A stretch of DNA of 64,000 nucleotides from Propionibacteriales bacterium (GCA_038242265.1 JBBSSH010000003.1:37750-101749), one strand, 5' to 3'. Positions 37,322-49,134 are shown, numbered from the stretch's first letter. Numbers and translations are program-made. The notes: a model not told the origin generated them from the letters alone.

Positions 37322-40300
37322 GTGGGACGCATGAGGACAAGCAGCGCACAGCAGGGGTGTTCGTCAAACGGACAGGGAACGGGGGTTCTCAAACGGCTGA
37401 TGCGCAGTTGTGCGCTGCTACTCGTGGTGCCACTCATGTCCGTCGTAGGCGTCAGCGCGACGGCACACGCGGACGACCAATTGGGAGTGCCGGCAGGTGA
37501 TCCACCTGGCCAGTCCGCCAAGTTGATCGTGAACAAGGGCGGTGACCGAAACGCTGATGGTGTCACTGCACTGGAGGGGGCACGATTCCGCTTCTTCGCC
37601 ACCACCGACGGTTCCAAGCTGGACGGTGGGGCAGACACCGGCCTCACCTGCATCACGGACAGCAGCGGCAAGTGCGGCGTCTTCGCACCTCTGACGGGCG
37701 AGGGGAACAACTACTTCTACGCCGTGGAGGAAACCTCACCGATCGGGTGGTCGATCGCGGCCACCTGGGGTGGAGCCAACGACTGGATCCGCTACAACAG
37801 CGGCGCGGTCAAGGCCACCAACCCCGACCGGGTACGCAACCTCCCGGAGGCCGGACGCACCTGGCCCGACGTACGAGACAACAAGTTGGCACCGCAGCGC
37901 TGTGGGCTCGCCGTGGCCATGATCTTCGACGTCTCCGGCTCGATCACGCCCAACCAGCTCGTCAAGTTCAAGGAGGCCGGCAGGGGCGCCGTGGACGCGT
38001 TGGCCAACACGCCGTCGCGCATCGCGCTCTCCAAATTCGACACCACCGCGTCTCCCGTCCTCGGCCTGACCTCGGTGTCCGACGCCGGTGGGGCCACGAC
38101 GGTCAAGAATGCGATCAACGGGATCAGCGGCGGCGGCTGGACCAACTGGGACCGGGCTCTGTGGATCAACGCCAACCCTGACTACGACGTCGTCCTGATG
38201 ATGACGGACGGCGATCCCACCACCTACGGCAATGGCACGGACACCGGCAACCCCTCACTGCGCACGGTGGAGGAATCGATCCACTCCGCGAACGCCGTCA
38301 AGGCCGCGGGAGCACAGGTCATCACGCTCGGCATCGGTATCACCGACCTTGCTTCGATCCACCGCCTGAACCAGATCTCCAGCCCCACCGACACCTACAC
38401 CGCGTCGTGGGAGCAGCTGGCCGCCAAGCTCAAGGACATCGCAGCTGGCGTGTGCAACGAGAAGATCACCGTTCAGAAGAAGGTGCTCGACTGGCAGGGC
38501 AACCCCGCCGCTGGCGCACTCAGCAACGGCTGGAGCTTCACCGGCTCCTCCACGCCCGGCACCGTGGGTGCCTTCCCGGCTACCGCTCCGGCCAACGGTA
38601 GCGACGGCTGGACCTCGGCCGACATCGCCGTCAACGTCGGACAGACACCGACGATCACGCTGGAAGAGGCCGACAAGCCAGGATGGACGTTCTTCAAGGC
38701 TGCCTGCATGGTGGACGGCAAGGCCGTCACCGTCACTCCGGACGTGAACAACAGTGGACGCTTCTCCTTCGTCGGAAAAGCCAACGCCACCATCTCGTGT
38801 GAAGTCACGAACAAGCAGAACCCGCCGGCCCCACAGCTGACGCTGAAGAAGCAGGTGCTCAACCCCGACGGCACCGTCGGCGACCCGAGTGCGGGCCAAG
38901 CATGGACGCTGAAGGCGGCTGGCGACGGAGGCTTCTCCGGGCCGGGCAACACCCCTGCGGTCACCAACCAGAACGTCAAGGCCGACACGGAGTACGCCCT
39001 TTCCGAGAGCATCCGTGACGGCTACACCAACGGCACCACCTGGAACTGCACCCAGCTCACCGGGCCGGGCGACATCACCTTCACCGGACCCGACAAGGTA
39101 AAGCTCCTCGCCGGTCAGACGGCGAGTTGCACGATCACCAACCAGGTCAAGCTGAAGGACCTAACGGTGGCCAAGACGGCGACTCCGAAGTTCAACCGCG
39201 ACTATCAGTGGAGCATCGCCAAGACGCTCACCCGTGGATCTCGCTTCGAAGTTCCTGAAGGCACCTCGGCCTCCGCTGGCTATCAGATCGTGGTGACGCC
39301 GAGCGCAGCCAAGAACACCGCGTTCAAGGTCACAGGAAAAATCACGGTCACCAACCCCAACGGCATCGACATCCCCGGCGTCACCGTCGCGGACGTGCTC
39401 CCGGGGGCGAACTGCTCACTCGACTCAGGTCCGGCAACCCGCACCTTCAAGCCGGGCCCCGAGTCCATTCCCTACACCTGCACGCTGCCCAATGCAGACA
39501 CCAACACCAAGGGAACGAATGCTGTCTCGCTGAAGTGGGACCCGAAGAAGCTTCATGGCACGACTGGCTCTGCCGAGGCGACGGCACCGTTCGACTTCGC
39601 CGACGCAGCCATCACCACGACCAACGCCACGGCGCAGGTCACTGACTCGAAGGTCGATCTCGAAGGAGCCGGCCCCAACGGCGTCACCGTCAAGGCAATC
39701 GATGGACCGCGCACCTTCACCTACGACCGCACCATCGTCGGCGTCCCGGGGTCGTGCACCGACTACGACAACACCGCGACGGTGAAGCCGAGCGACTCGG
39801 CCCCCTCGTCTGACGACGCGACCGTGAAGGTCTGCGTGGGTCGCAACCTCAGTGTCGACAAGATCGCCACGTTGGCCTACGACCGCGACTACCAGTGGAA
39901 GGTCACCAAGACCGGTCCCGGCGACATCTTCGTCGGACCCAACGGCGCAGTCGCCTCGTTCAAGGTGCTGCTCGAGACGAACGGCTACACCGACGGTGCC
40001 TGGAAGCTGGGCGGCACGATCTGGCTCAGCAACCCCAACGACTGGGCTGTGGACGCCCAGGTGGAGGACGTGACCACACTCGATGGCACCGCACTCACGT
40101 GCACCATCACTGGTGGTCCGGACACCACGGTGCCAGCCAAGGTGGTCCGCAAGCCGTATGACTACACCTGCACCGGAATGACCCAGGGAGAGTACGTCGG
40201 TTCCAACACCGCCACGCTCACCTGGGACAAGGTCAAGTACTTCTCCCCGAGCGGCACCAGCAGCAAGACGGTGAACGTCGACGTGACTGACGACGCCACT

Positions 40301-41605
40301 CCCCGGTACGAATCGGTGCAGTTGTCCGACGTCTTCGACGGCGGAGCGGCCACCACCGTGGGAGACGGCCCGTACAAGTGGGCGGACGTCAAGGCCAACC
40401 CGGTCACCGTCACCTACACCCGTCCGGTCACCGCTCCTGCCGGTGAGTGCCAGACCTACGTCAACACCGTGTCGGTCATCGAGACTCCGACACCGCCGAG
40501 CACGGCTACCACCAAGGTCTGCCAGCCCGGTATCGCCAAATCGGTGGACGCGAGCTTCGGCCAGCGTCAGACTTGGTCCCTGACCAAGGTGGTCGACCAG
40601 ACCAAGATCACTGTCGGCCCTGGTGCCGATGCGGTCTTCACCTACACCGTCACGGCGACGCCTGGCGCAGTCGTGGACGAGGGGCAGGCTCGCTGGGAGG
40701 GTGCCATCACCGTCTCCAACCCGTCGGCCACCCAGGAGTTCAACGGCACGGTCACTGACACGCCTGCTGTCCCCGGATGGACGTGTTCCCTCATCGGTGA
40801 CAACAAGGTGATCGTCCCGGCCGGCGGTTCGATCAGCGTCAACTACACCTGTACCGGTGCAGGACACCCCGGCGGCAGCAACACCGCGGCCGTGACCTGG
40901 GGCGACCAGTCCGTGCAGAAAGTGACTGACGTGGTCTTCGCCAACACCGGCACGATCGACAAGACGGCCATCATCAGCGACGACATCCCCAACGACGGGC
41001 TGCCTGCGCTGGAGTTCCCGGTGGATGTCGCCAATGCGAGCAACGTGTTCGTCTACTCCCGCACTCTCGATGCTGCAGCGGGTGCTTGCGAGACGTACAC
41101 CAACACCGCGGTGCTCACCGTGACCGGCCCGGACCCGACCGCATCTCAGTCGGTCGAGGTCTGTCGCTCGACACCCGTGCCGCCGCCGGTGCCCACCGTG
41201 GCGCCGACCGTCGCGCCGACCGTCGCGCCGACCACGGCGCCCACCACGGCGCCGCCGCCGCCCGAGGTGGCTCCTGCGGAGTCCTTCGGCAAGGCCGTGG
41301 GCAAGGTGAAGGCGACCTGCCAGGGCACCGTCCGGGCCAAGTTGGCCAACCGTTCGGGAGTCAGGGTCACCTACAAGTTGCGCGTGGGTAAGAAGACCTA
41401 CCGCATCAAGGTGGCAGCTCAGTCCAAGAAGAAGTTCACCACCACGGGGCCGTTCCTGACGAAGGTCACGTTGAAGGAAGGCAAGCGCATGCTCGCGAAG
41501 ACTCGGATCCCCGCAGCCTGTGCGGTTCCCGATGTCCTTCCTGACACAGGTATGAAGCCCACACCTGCCCGCATGGCAGTTGTGAAGAGCCGGTGGAGTT
41601 TGTAG
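37322..41605 (+). CDS. Large secreted surface protein: vWA domain plus pilin/Cna-B-like repeats, Pro/Thr linker and LPDTG
   Basis: Signal peptide (likely start near 37400, MRSCALLLVVPLMSVVGVSATAHA), MIDAS DVSGS...T...TDG, repeated LT.K.K / NTA.L motifs with paired Cys. Confidence 0.85.
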   Translation: MGRMRTSSAQQGCSSNGQGTGVLKRLMRSCALLLVVPLMSVVGVSATAHADDQLGVPAGDPPGQSAKLIVNKGGDRNADGVTALEGARFRFFATTDGSKLDGGADTGLTCITDSSGKCGVFAPLTGEGNNYFYAVEETSPIGWSIAATWGGANDWIRYNSGAVKATNPDRVRNLPEAGRTWPDVRDNKLAPQRCGLAVAMIFDVSGSITPNQLVKFKEAGRGAVDALANTPSRIALSKFDTTASPVLGLTSVSDAGGATTVKNAINGISGGGWTNWDRALWINANPDYDVVLMMTDGDPTTYGNGTDTGNPSLRTVEESIHSANAVKAAGAQVITLGIGITDLASIHRLNQISSPTDTYTASWEQLAAKLKDIAAGVCNEKITVQKKVLDWQGNPAAGALSNGWSFTGSSTPGTVGAFPATAPANGSDGWTSADIAVNVGQTPTITLEEADKPGWTFFKAACMVDGKAVTVTPDVNNSGRFSFVGKANATISCEVTNKQNPPAPQLTLKKQVLNPDGTVGDPSAGQAWTLKAAGDGGFSGPGNTPAVTNQNVKADTEYALSESIRDGYTNGTTWNCTQLTGPGDITFTGPDKVKLLAGQTASCTITNQVKLKDLTVAKTATPKFNRDYQWSIAKTLTRGSRFEVPEGTSASAGYQIVVTPSAAKNTAFKVTGKITVTNPNGIDIPGVTVADVLPGANCSLDSGPATRTFKPGPESIPYTCTLPNADTNTKGTNAVSLKWDPKKLHGTTGSAEATAPFDFADAAITTTNATAQVTDSKVDLEGAGPNGVTVKAIDGPRTFTYDRTIVGVPGSCTDYDNTATVKPSDSAPSSDDATVKVCVGRNLSVDKIATLAYDRDYQWKVTKTGPGDIFVGPNGAVASFKVLLETNGYTDGAWKLGGTIWLSNPNDWAVDAQVEDVTTLDGTALTCTITGGPDTTVPAKVVRKPYDYTCTGMTQGEYVGSNTATLTWDKVKYFSPSGTSSKTVNVDVTDDATPRYESVQLSDVFDGGAATTVGDGPYKWADVKANPVTVTYTRPVTAPAGECQTYVNTVSVIETPTPPSTATTKVCQPGIAKSVDASFGQRQTWSLTKVVDQTKITVGPGADAVFTYTVTATPGAVVDEGQARWEGAITVSNPSATQEFNGTVTDTPAVPGWTCSLIGDNKVIVPAGGSISVNYTCTGAGHPGGSNTAAVTWGDQSVQKVTDVVFANTGTIDKTAIISDDIPNDGLPALEFPVDVANASNVFVYSRTLDAAAGACETYTNTAVLTVTGPDPTASQSVEVCRSTPVPPPVPTVAPTVAPTVAPTTAPTTAPPPPEVAPAESFGKAVGKVKATCQGTVRAKLANRSGVRVTYKLRVGKKTYRIKVAAQSKKKFTTTGPFLTKVTLKEGKRMLAKTRIPAACAVPDVLPDTGMKPTPARMAVVKSRWSL
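41192..41251 (+). repeat. 5 x 12-bp tandem repeat encoding (PTVA)3(PTTA)2
   Basis: cccaccgtggcg/ccgaccgtcgcg/ccgaccgtcgcg/ccgaccacggcg/cccaccacggcg. Confidence 0.9.
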
Positions 41606-41633
41606 CCACCGCACCCCTCCACCCCATGGAGGA

Positions 41634-41678
41634 GAGCCGGCGTCGGTGGGTCACCCACGAGTCCACCGACGCCGGCTC
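41634..41678 (+). terminator. Perfect 16-bp stem-loop after the surface protein gene
   Basis: GAGCCGGCGTCGGTGG-N13-CCACCGACGCCGGCTC. Confidence 0.7.
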
Positions 41679-41721
41679 ACTGGCGCGTCCAGACAGAGTG
41701 GTGATCCTCTCCACCACCGCT

Positions 41722-41784
41722 GGTAGTCCACAACGGTCCTGTTGCTTGTCGGGGTCCCAGACAGCAGCAACCTTGTGGACTACC
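41722..41784. repeat. REP-like long imperfect palindrome
   Basis: GGTAGTCCACAA...TTGTGGACTACC 12-bp perfect ends with imperfect inner pairing. Confidence 0.55.
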
Positions 41785-41873
41785 GGCCTGGCCCGGACAG
41801 ACGTGGATTGCTGGTCGCGTGATGTGTTTCTGTTCCTCCATGACCATGGTGTCTCGACCTCGAGCGCGACGCA

Positions 41874-42482
41874 GTGTCACCGCTGATGGCACAGTCGTTG
41901 GGGGTGGATTCGGCCGAACTGTCGACCCTGATCCGTGACAGCTTCGACGACCGGACGCGCGGGCGGCTCGGCGACCTTCATCAAACGGTGAAGTGGTTGG
42001 CCGCCAGCCTCGGAGCCACGCCTTCGGAGGCTGGAGTCCATGCTGCGGTGCATTTGCGCCTGGAGATGACGTACTCCCTACATCGTCGAACCTGGGCGAT
42101 CCCGGCTCTGGTTGCACTTGGACGGGCAGGAGTGCCGCGTGGACTTGTCAGTGACTGTTCCGCCGAGACACCTGAGATCTGGTCCCGCAGCCCACTGTCG
42201 CCGCACTTCGAGGCGGTTTCATTCTCCTGCGTCACGACACATCGCAAGCCACACCCAGATGCGTACCTTGTCGCTCTCAGGACGCTGGGAGTCGAGCCCC
42301 AGGATTGCCTGTACGTCGGTGACGGCGGCAGCCATGAGCTCACCGGTGCCATGGATTTGGGTATGTCAGCGATACGTTTCGAGCCGCCTTCGGATGGCAA
42401 AGGCGAGGGCATTGATGCAGAGACTGGGTGGTCGAGACAGGTGCCAACGGACCTCGCTGAAGTGGTCAGGTACGTGATCTGA
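41874..42482 (+). pseudogene. HAD-family hydrolase, apparently lacking its N-terminal motif I
   Basis: Motifs II-IV present (GLVSD, RKPHP, LYVGDGGSHEL.GA); no DxD/T motif I; in-frame stop at 41841 prevents upstream extension. Confidence 0.55.
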
Positions 42483-42539
42483 GCCACCAGCCACTCGACG
42501 TCTGCGGTCACACGAGCGCATTCATGGAGTGATGGTCGA

Positions 42540-43091
42540 TCATCTGCGGGGGTCGATCACGGGGGAGCGGCGCCGACGTTTCGTCTCCGCCCATCGCCAG
42601 GCAACGGTAAGGGTGGACTCCACATCGTGGACGGACACGTCGTGCTGCTGCAACGTGTGCGGAGCCGGAACGGTCATGTTGCGGAGTGTGGCGTCGAACT
42701 GCACGTGGGTCTGCGGCTCAGGGACCTCCGAAACTCCAACGCGGGCAGCGATTCGCCCTTGCACGGTCGCAGCGTCACTGACGAGGGCAAGGAAATGAAC
42801 GATCTCTTCGTCAACCGCCGCGATTACCTGCGCCGGAAGGCAGATGCAAGGCACCACGGGCACCAAACCGTTGCTCCGGACCTCGTCGCTGATCGCTGCG
42901 ACAAAGCGCCAGAAATCGACATAGTCCCGTCGTCCAGCAGACATGGCAGCGGCGCCTCGACCCAGCACGTCTCCGTCGATGACGAACAGATCGGCGTGTG
43001 ACCTTAGGTGGTCGCCTATGGTGGATTTGCCGGCTGCCGCAGCGCCGGTGACCACCAGCAGCGCGGGTGGTTCTCGGTCGATGTCCGCCAT
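42540..43091 (-). CDS. P-loop NTPase / nucleoside-kinase-like (AAA_33-like) protein
   Basis: LLVVTGAAAAGKSTIG...VIDGD. Confidence 0.7.
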   Translation of the reverse strand: MADIDREPPALLVVTGAAAAGKSTIGDHLRSHADLFVIDGDVLGRGAAAMSAGRRDYVDFWRFVAAISDEVRSNGLVPVVPCICLPAQVIAAVDEEIVHFLALVSDAATVQGRIAARVGVSEVPEPQTHVQFDATLRNMTVPAPHTLQQHDVSVHDVESTLTVAWRWAETKRRRRSPVIDPRR

Positions 43092-43387
43092 GGACGCAAC
43101 GTAGCGCGCCCGGGGACGGGGCTGACGGATGGTCCTGCCGGCCCTCAGTCAAGTCCGCTTCGCAGATGTAGAGCTCGAGCGCCCGATCTGCGCCGACCGG
43201 AAACATGCCGTCAGGTCGTCGGCCTCATGTTGCGGCAGCCTCGGCTTGGAGGAATCCGGCCATGGCTCGGATGCTGGTCGCGCTGGGGGAGTGGCTGGCT
43301 GGTGCCGCAGCGGAGCGAGCAAAGGGGCTCCCTATTGCGGATGCGGGTCCGCAGTGTGTCGGGCAGACTGCAGGGCTCTGATCGCTG

Positions 43388-43848
43388 ATGGAGGACTTAA
43401 TGTTGCGCGAGGTTCGGGCACGTGGCACCGAGGCGCTGGCGCTGGCGACGTACCTGCTCCAGCGAGTCCGGCTGGACGATCCCACCGGGGGACTCTGGGA
43501 AGCCGCTGACATGCAGTGGTGGGCGAGGACGCCGAGGCCGTCGGACGAGATCGATCAGGTCTTCTGGATGGACGAGCACGGACCGGTCGCCGGTGTTGTC
43601 CTGACGTGCTGGAGCGCGTCACCAAAGTCGGTCTGGTCGAGCCAGTGAGGGTCGAGGACGAGTTCGCACGTCGCGGCCTGGCGCGCGCCATGTTGACGGC
43701 CGGGCTCGAACGTCTCTATCAACGAGGGGCACATCGAGCGAAGATCGGGTTTGGTGAAGAAGCCACTGAGCGGTTGTACCTGAGCCTTGGATTCGTTCCG
43801 GGGCCGCACGACGCCTGGTACGACGGTCGCGTCGAACAGCTTCGCTAG
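43388..43848 (+). pseudogene. GNAT acetyltransferase pseudogene split across two frames
   Basis: N-part GGLWEAADMQWW.RTPRPSD in the frame of 43388; C-part VGLVEPVRVEDEFARRGLARAML...LYLSLGF in the frame of 43516; junction near 43612-43618. Confidence 0.7.
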
Positions 43849-43910
43849 ATGGGGACCAGGGGGTGGTGACGCACGGGAGTTTGGACGATTGACCCGAAGC
43901 AACACGTAGA

Positions 43911-43938
43911 AACTGACATAATGTCAGTTATCGGCTAA
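43911..43938 (-). other. dif: Chromosomal dif site (XerCD recombination site)
   Basis: Minus strand TTAGCCGATAA-CTGACA-TTATGTCAGTT has 11-6-11 architecture; about 23/28 identical to the M. tuberculosis dif as I recall it (TAAGCCGATAAGCGACATTATGTCAAGT); intergenic. Confidence 0.85.
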
Positions 43939-44488
43939 TTGTGGCGAACGCTCGAGAGGGGTTTGCGGACGCTCGGCGCCGACCATTGCTGTTGTCATTC
44001 GTGCACAACGAGCATGTTTGCAAGCTGAGCGCCTTGCGGCACGCACTGCAGCCCAACTGCGCCTGCTGGGACTGCTGTGGTCGATCCGGGGCGTTGCGGG
44101 AAATTTAGTTCTGCCAGATGTAGACCCTGGAAACTTGTTGCAAGCCTGCTGAGGCGCCTCAGGATCGCTTTTGACGCGTCCTCGTGAGCCAATCGGCTTT
44201 GAGGTGCCCATACCGCTAGGCACGGCACAAGAAGCTTGTTTGGGGTCGAGAATGGATGCAGATGTATCCGCGTCAATCATAGCATGCCCAGATGCTCGAT
44301 CGTTGATTGACATAACGTGTGCATCCAGATGCTCACTCTCCCCTCTCTCCCACAAGTCCCCTCATTCCCATGCTGCATCGGTCCATGCTGACTAGTAGTA
44401 GGTTGCCTCCGCGACAAGACCAACGGACTGACCTCGAACCGCAGTCGCAGCCAGAGAATCACCCCGACCACTTTGACGGAGAACTGCC

Positions 44489-44908
44489 GTGTCGAACGAC
44501 TATCCCCCGCCCGCTGGCGACAACAACCCCCAGAATCCGGCCGGCTGGAACGCACCGCCCTCAGCACAGCCCGGGGGTTACGGCGCGCCCCCCACACCGC
44601 CGTACCAGTCTGGGGGCTACCTTCCGGGTGGGAACCCCGGGTTGCCGAAACCAAACAACTTCTTGGTGTGGGCGATCTTGTCCACTCTCCTGTGCTGCAT
44701 GCCCTTCGGCATCGTGTCCATCGTCTACGCCACCAAGGTCGACAGCCTCTGGACGACGGGTCAGCAGTCGGCAGCCGAAGAGGCCGCAGCCAAGGCGAAG
44801 AAGTGGGCGATCGTTGCCATGGCGTCCGGGCTTGCCCTCGTAGTGGTCTACGTCCTGCTCATCGTGGTCGCAGGGGTCTTGGGCGCTGACTCGTCCTCGT
44901 CGATGTGA
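44489..44908 (+). CDS. CD225/dispanin family membrane protein
   Basis: Pro/Gly-rich N-terminus, KPNNFLVWAILSTLLCCMPFGIVSIVYATKV...AKKWAI. Confidence 0.88.
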   Translation: MSNDYPPPAGDNNPQNPAGWNAPPSAQPGGYGAPPTPPYQSGGYLPGGNPGLPKPNNFLVWAILSTLLCCMPFGIVSIVYATKVDSLWTTGQQSAAEEAAAKAKKWAIVAMASGLALVVVYVLLIVVAGVLGADSSSSM

Positions 44909-45306
44909 CGCTACCTGCACTGCCTCGCACGACCGTTCTGGCTTTGGCCGGAACGGTCGCTGCGTGCTGTGCTGCCGCGCTCGTCATTCGCGACCCGCAC
45001 ACTCCAGGTAGTTTCGCGGTGTGTCCTTCGCTGCTCCTCACAGGCATGTACTGCGCCGGATGTGGGAGCCTGCGTGCGACTCACGACTTGCTCACCGGGA
45101 ATGTGGGTGAAGCTTTCAGCCACAACCCCCTCACCGCATTCGCTCTGGTGTGGTTGGCGTGGTGGTGGGTCAGCGAAATGGCGAGCAGCCGCGGACGGAC
45201 GGTCACCGGGCCGCCGGCCTCATCCAGGTTCGCGATGGGACTCTTGGTAGTCGTGGTCGGTTTCACCGTTCTACGCAACATTCCGGGAACAGGCCTGGCT
45301 CCCTGA
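44905..45306 (+). CDS. DUF2752 family membrane protein
   Basis: CPSLLLTGMYCAGCGSLRATHDLLTG...AFSHNPL...FTVLRNIP; GTGA-coupled. Confidence 0.88.
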   Translation: MTLPALPRTTVLALAGTVAACCAAALVIRDPHTPGSFAVCPSLLLTGMYCAGCGSLRATHDLLTGNVGEAFSHNPLTAFALVWLAWWWVSEMASSRGRTVTGPPASSRFAMGLLVVVVGFTVLRNIPGTGLAP

Positions 45307-45357
45307 ACTGTCAGGCCGCCTTCGGTTCACCCTGACTGACGCTCGCCCGAGACGGGA

Positions 45358-47718
<2,361 letters not shown>

Positions 47719-47817
47719 GCATTCAGGCTAGTGGCCAGCGGCGACAGAGGCCCCCCTGGACAGCGGTCCGCCACAGGGGTGGTGCACAAACTTGGCAGGG
47801 GTGGCATCGTCGAACCC

Positions 47818-48300
47818 ATGACTTCACACGATGATCAACTCAGCACCGTCAGCGAGATCATGAGCGAGACGCGCATCGCGGTCCTGACGTACCTCTCCGT
47901 GGAAGGGTCACTGGTGTCCACCCCCATGGGCACCCAGGACTTCGACGACCCAGGCACGGTGCCCTTCCTCACTGAGCGGGACAGCGAGAAGATCACCGCC
48001 ATCACCGCTGACCCGCGCGTCAACGTTGCCTATGCCAGCAAGGGCGGTTGGGTGTCGTTGAGTGGCACGGCGCGCGTGAACGATGATCGCGCCGAGATCG
48101 CCCGCCTCTGGGACGCGTCCGCCGGAGCGTTCATGTCGGGCGGGCCGGAGGACGAGAACAACGTCATCCTCGAGATCACTGGACAGAGCGCGGAATACTG
48201 GGACACCCCGGGCAAGGTCGCCACGGTCGTCGCCATGGCGAAGGGGCTCATCACCGACGACCAGCCGGATCTCGGCGACAACGACACCATCAAGCTGTGA
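47818..48300 (+). CDS. Pyridoxamine 5'-phosphate oxidase-like / general stress protein 26 family
   Basis: LVSTPM.TQ, SEK...I.ADPRVNVAY, WVSLSGTA, AEYWDTPG. Confidence 0.85.
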   Translation: MTSHDDQLSTVSEIMSETRIAVLTYLSVEGSLVSTPMGTQDFDDPGTVPFLTERDSEKITAITADPRVNVAYASKGGWVSLSGTARVNDDRAEIARLWDASAGAFMSGGPEDENNVILEITGQSAEYWDTPGKVATVVAMAKGLITDDQPDLGDNDTIKL

Positions 48301-48327
48301 CCGCCCGTTGACCCGGAGGGAGACCAC

Positions 48328-49116
48328 GTGCTCGTCGAAACCGTAGGGCCAGCCACACCGGAGGAGGTGTGGCAGCGCTACACCACTCCGCAGACGTGGT
48401 CCTCGTGGGCGCCGCACCTGAAGGGCGTCGAGACGGATGCCACGGAGATCGCGGCCGGGGTGGAGGGCCGTGTCCTGGGGCCTCGCGGGGTCTGGCTCGA
48501 CTTCACCGTCGAGGACGTCGACCCGGTGCTCCGCTCCTGGACCTGGCGGGTCGGTCGGGGCTCACAGACTGTGCGGATGCATCATGACGTCGTGCCTGCC
48601 GCCGGCGGCAGGACGCGGGCGACCATGCGGACGGAGGGTCCGTTGTCCTTGGTCATGCAGCCCTATCGGCTGTTGGCGGGTGCTGCACTGCGCGGGCTCG
48701 TGTCAGGCTCTTCCGGCCCACGGGTCGATCAGGTGGAGGCGTTCCACTTTGCCTTCGCACCGTCGTACGCCGTCGCCGGTCGGTTCTTCGGTATCTCTCC
48801 CGCCTCGACGACGGTGGAGGTCAGTCCACAGTGGCTCTACGTCCGCTACGGCCCGTGGCGACTCCTCACCCCGCGCGCCAACATCACCGGGACGCAGGTG
48901 AGCGAGGACTTCGCCTGGGTCAAGACCGCTGGTCCCCCGCACCTCTCCTTCGTCGACCGGGGGATCTCCTTCACGACCAACGGCGACCGAGCCCTGTGCC
49001 TCTCCTTCCACGAGCCGGTCCCAGCGATCGACCCGAGCGGTGTGCTCCGCCACCCCGGTGCCACCATCTCCGTGGCCGACCCCGATGCCCTGGCTGCGGC
49101 ACTTTCCGGCCACTGA
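48328..49116 (+). CDS. SRPBCC domain fused to an uncharacterised C-terminal domain
   Basis: EVWQRY..P.TWSSWAPHLKGV N-terminal SRPBCC; distinct C-terminal half (VRYGPWRL...GPPHLSFVDRGISF). Confidence 0.7.
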   Translation: MLVETVGPATPEEVWQRYTTPQTWSSWAPHLKGVETDATEIAAGVEGRVLGPRGVWLDFTVEDVDPVLRSWTWRVGRGSQTVRMHHDVVPAAGGRTRATMRTEGPLSLVMQPYRLLAGAALRGLVSGSSGPRVDQVEAFHFAFAPSYAVAGRFFGISPASTTVEVSPQWLYVRYGPWRLLTPRANITGTQVSEDFAWVKTAGPPHLSFVDRGISFTTNGDRALCLSFHEPVPAIDPSGVLRHPGATISVADPDALAAALSGH

Positions 49117-49134
49117 CGAACAGGAGCGCACCAG

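Noticed and set aside
41192-41251. Tandem repeats as a CRISPR array
   Set aside because: In-frame 12-bp coding repeats without spacers; no cas genes.
39425-41614. 729-aa minus-strand ORF
   Set aside because: Shadow of the vWA surface protein gene.
43092-43387. Possible gene remnant between the kinase and GNAT genes
   Set aside because: Short frames with early stops and no recognisable similarity; cannot be supported.
43924-44355. 143-aa and 93-aa minus-strand ORFs right of dif
   Set aside because: No recognisable motif or SD and the first overlaps dif; treated as non-coding or remnant DNA.
41600-45000. An intact integrative element or integron at dif
   Set aside because: No integrase, transposase or rolling-circle Rep gene, and only one full dif site was found.
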